A stretch of 64,000 nucleotides of DNA from Malacoraja senta (taxonomy: Eukaryota): NCBI GenBank assembly GCA_038087875.1, contig CM075987.1, forward strand, positions 12,834,001 through 12,898,000. The letters are read 5' to 3'. This document shows positions 63,069 to 64,000 of the stretch, in pieces; the first letter of the stretch is position 1, and each line of letters begins with the position of its first letter. The translations under genes and the position numbers were made by a program. The notes under the pieces are model-generated. The model did no database searches, was not told where the DNA came from, and saw nothing but the letters and a program-made list of their open reading frames with translations.

Positions 63069-63306
63069 TGGTGCTGAGGACCGGCATGGCTACATTTGGG
63101 ACAGGCACTACAACATCTGCCTGGCAAAGTTACAGCATGAGGATGTGGTGAACTCTGTGGCCTTCAGCCCTATGGACCAGGAGATGCTGATCACAGCCAG
63201 CGATGACTGCACATTGAAGGTCTGGCGCTCACCCCGCGTCCTGCGTATCATCAATACCAAGCCCAGTCGGAAGAAATTCTCCTTTTTTTGGCTCAATAAA
63301 AAGTGA
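63069..63306 (+). CDS. FBXW5: FBXW5 last coding exon (WD40, stop)
   Basis: SGAEDRHGYIWDRHYNICLAKLQHEDVVNSVAFSPMDQEMLITASDDCTLKVWRSPR...NKK*; the eight exons sum to 1737 nt = 578 aa + stop. Confidence 0.95.
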
Positions 63307-63829
63307 CCAGTGAATAGACAGGCAAAGAGGGGCTGTGAGGATGGTGGATAGAGAAGAGCTGCCTGTGAATACCCAACATCTGATTCTGCTTAGCCCATCC
63401 AAATTACTTCAAACCTTCAGGAAATTGGTGCAGAGGGGAGAATCAGAAAATTCATTGAGTTTTATTCATTATCCTCCAAGTTGCTCAGGTACGCAAGTCA
63501 ATCGGTGTTGAATGAATCTGAAGACAAGTGCTTCTCACAAACTACATCTGGACATTGACTTAATTTGCAAGTCATCACAAATCAGCAGATGGTACTTGCC
63601 AGCTGTTCTTCCTGAACTGGTGCCAGAACAAGGGTTCCTGTTCCCATAACAGCCTTACAGGTGGAGCCTACGGCCAAACTAATTTGGTAGTTTGAAGAAT
63701 AACTGAACAAACCCAATTCTCCAGGGCTGAAACTCTGCATTTAAAACTGGGTTTGTCTACTTGATGTTGTAATCTTAATCTAAAATGTACACTTGTTTGT
63801 TCATTCTAATTCCAGAATGTTCTCTACCC

Positions 63830-63835
63830 AATAAA
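63830..63835 (+). terminator. FBXW5 polyadenylation signal (AATAAA)
   Basis: AATAAA about 520 nt after the stop, followed by GT/T-rich sequence. Confidence 0.6.
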
Positions 63836-64000
63836 CAGATTCACAAGGTGTTTCTGCTTAATGCAATAATTCACAGCTGTGAAGGTGGCGTTATATTCCG
63901 TCAAATATAATTCTGCCACAGCATACACTATCCCAACCTTTTACTGCCTGTTTCTACCTCCTAATCAAAATTCACAAACAGCACTGCCCTGGTAGGCCTA

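Noticed and set aside
63295-63300. AATAAA overlapping the last FBXW5 codons
   Set aside because: Explained by Asn-Lys codons; a better-placed signal exists at 63830

Overview
This is vertebrate genomic DNA, not prokaryotic. The repeat content (V-SINE/HE1-type SINEs, CR1, Rex1/Babar, Penelope-derived elements) points to a cartilaginous fish, probably a skate or ray; that assignment is an inference. I reconstructed three protein-coding genes by hand from splice sites and phases. FBXW5 lies on the + strand (8 coding exons, 578 aa, CpG-island promoter at about 48.5 kb). C8G lies head-to-head with it on the - strand (7 exons, 202 aa), as in mammals. Downstream of C8G on the same strand is an AMBP-like gene that appears to encode only a signal peptide, an RTRR site and bikunin (two Kunitz domains, 181 aa), with no alpha-1-microglobulin lipocalin exons. 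A second CpG-rich promoter at about 15 kb may drive an unidentified - strand transcript. Two non-coding signals stand out. (1) Four copies of a ~135-bp retroposon whose first 54 nt fold into a complete minimal HDV-like double-pseudoknot ribozyme; every copy starts exactly at the predicted cleavage-site G, and one copy has lost the catalytic C. (2) Many Penelope-derived short elements carry minimal hammerhead cores, often as near-perfect palindromes. Nearly all short ORFs in the supplied track are spurious or transposon debris.
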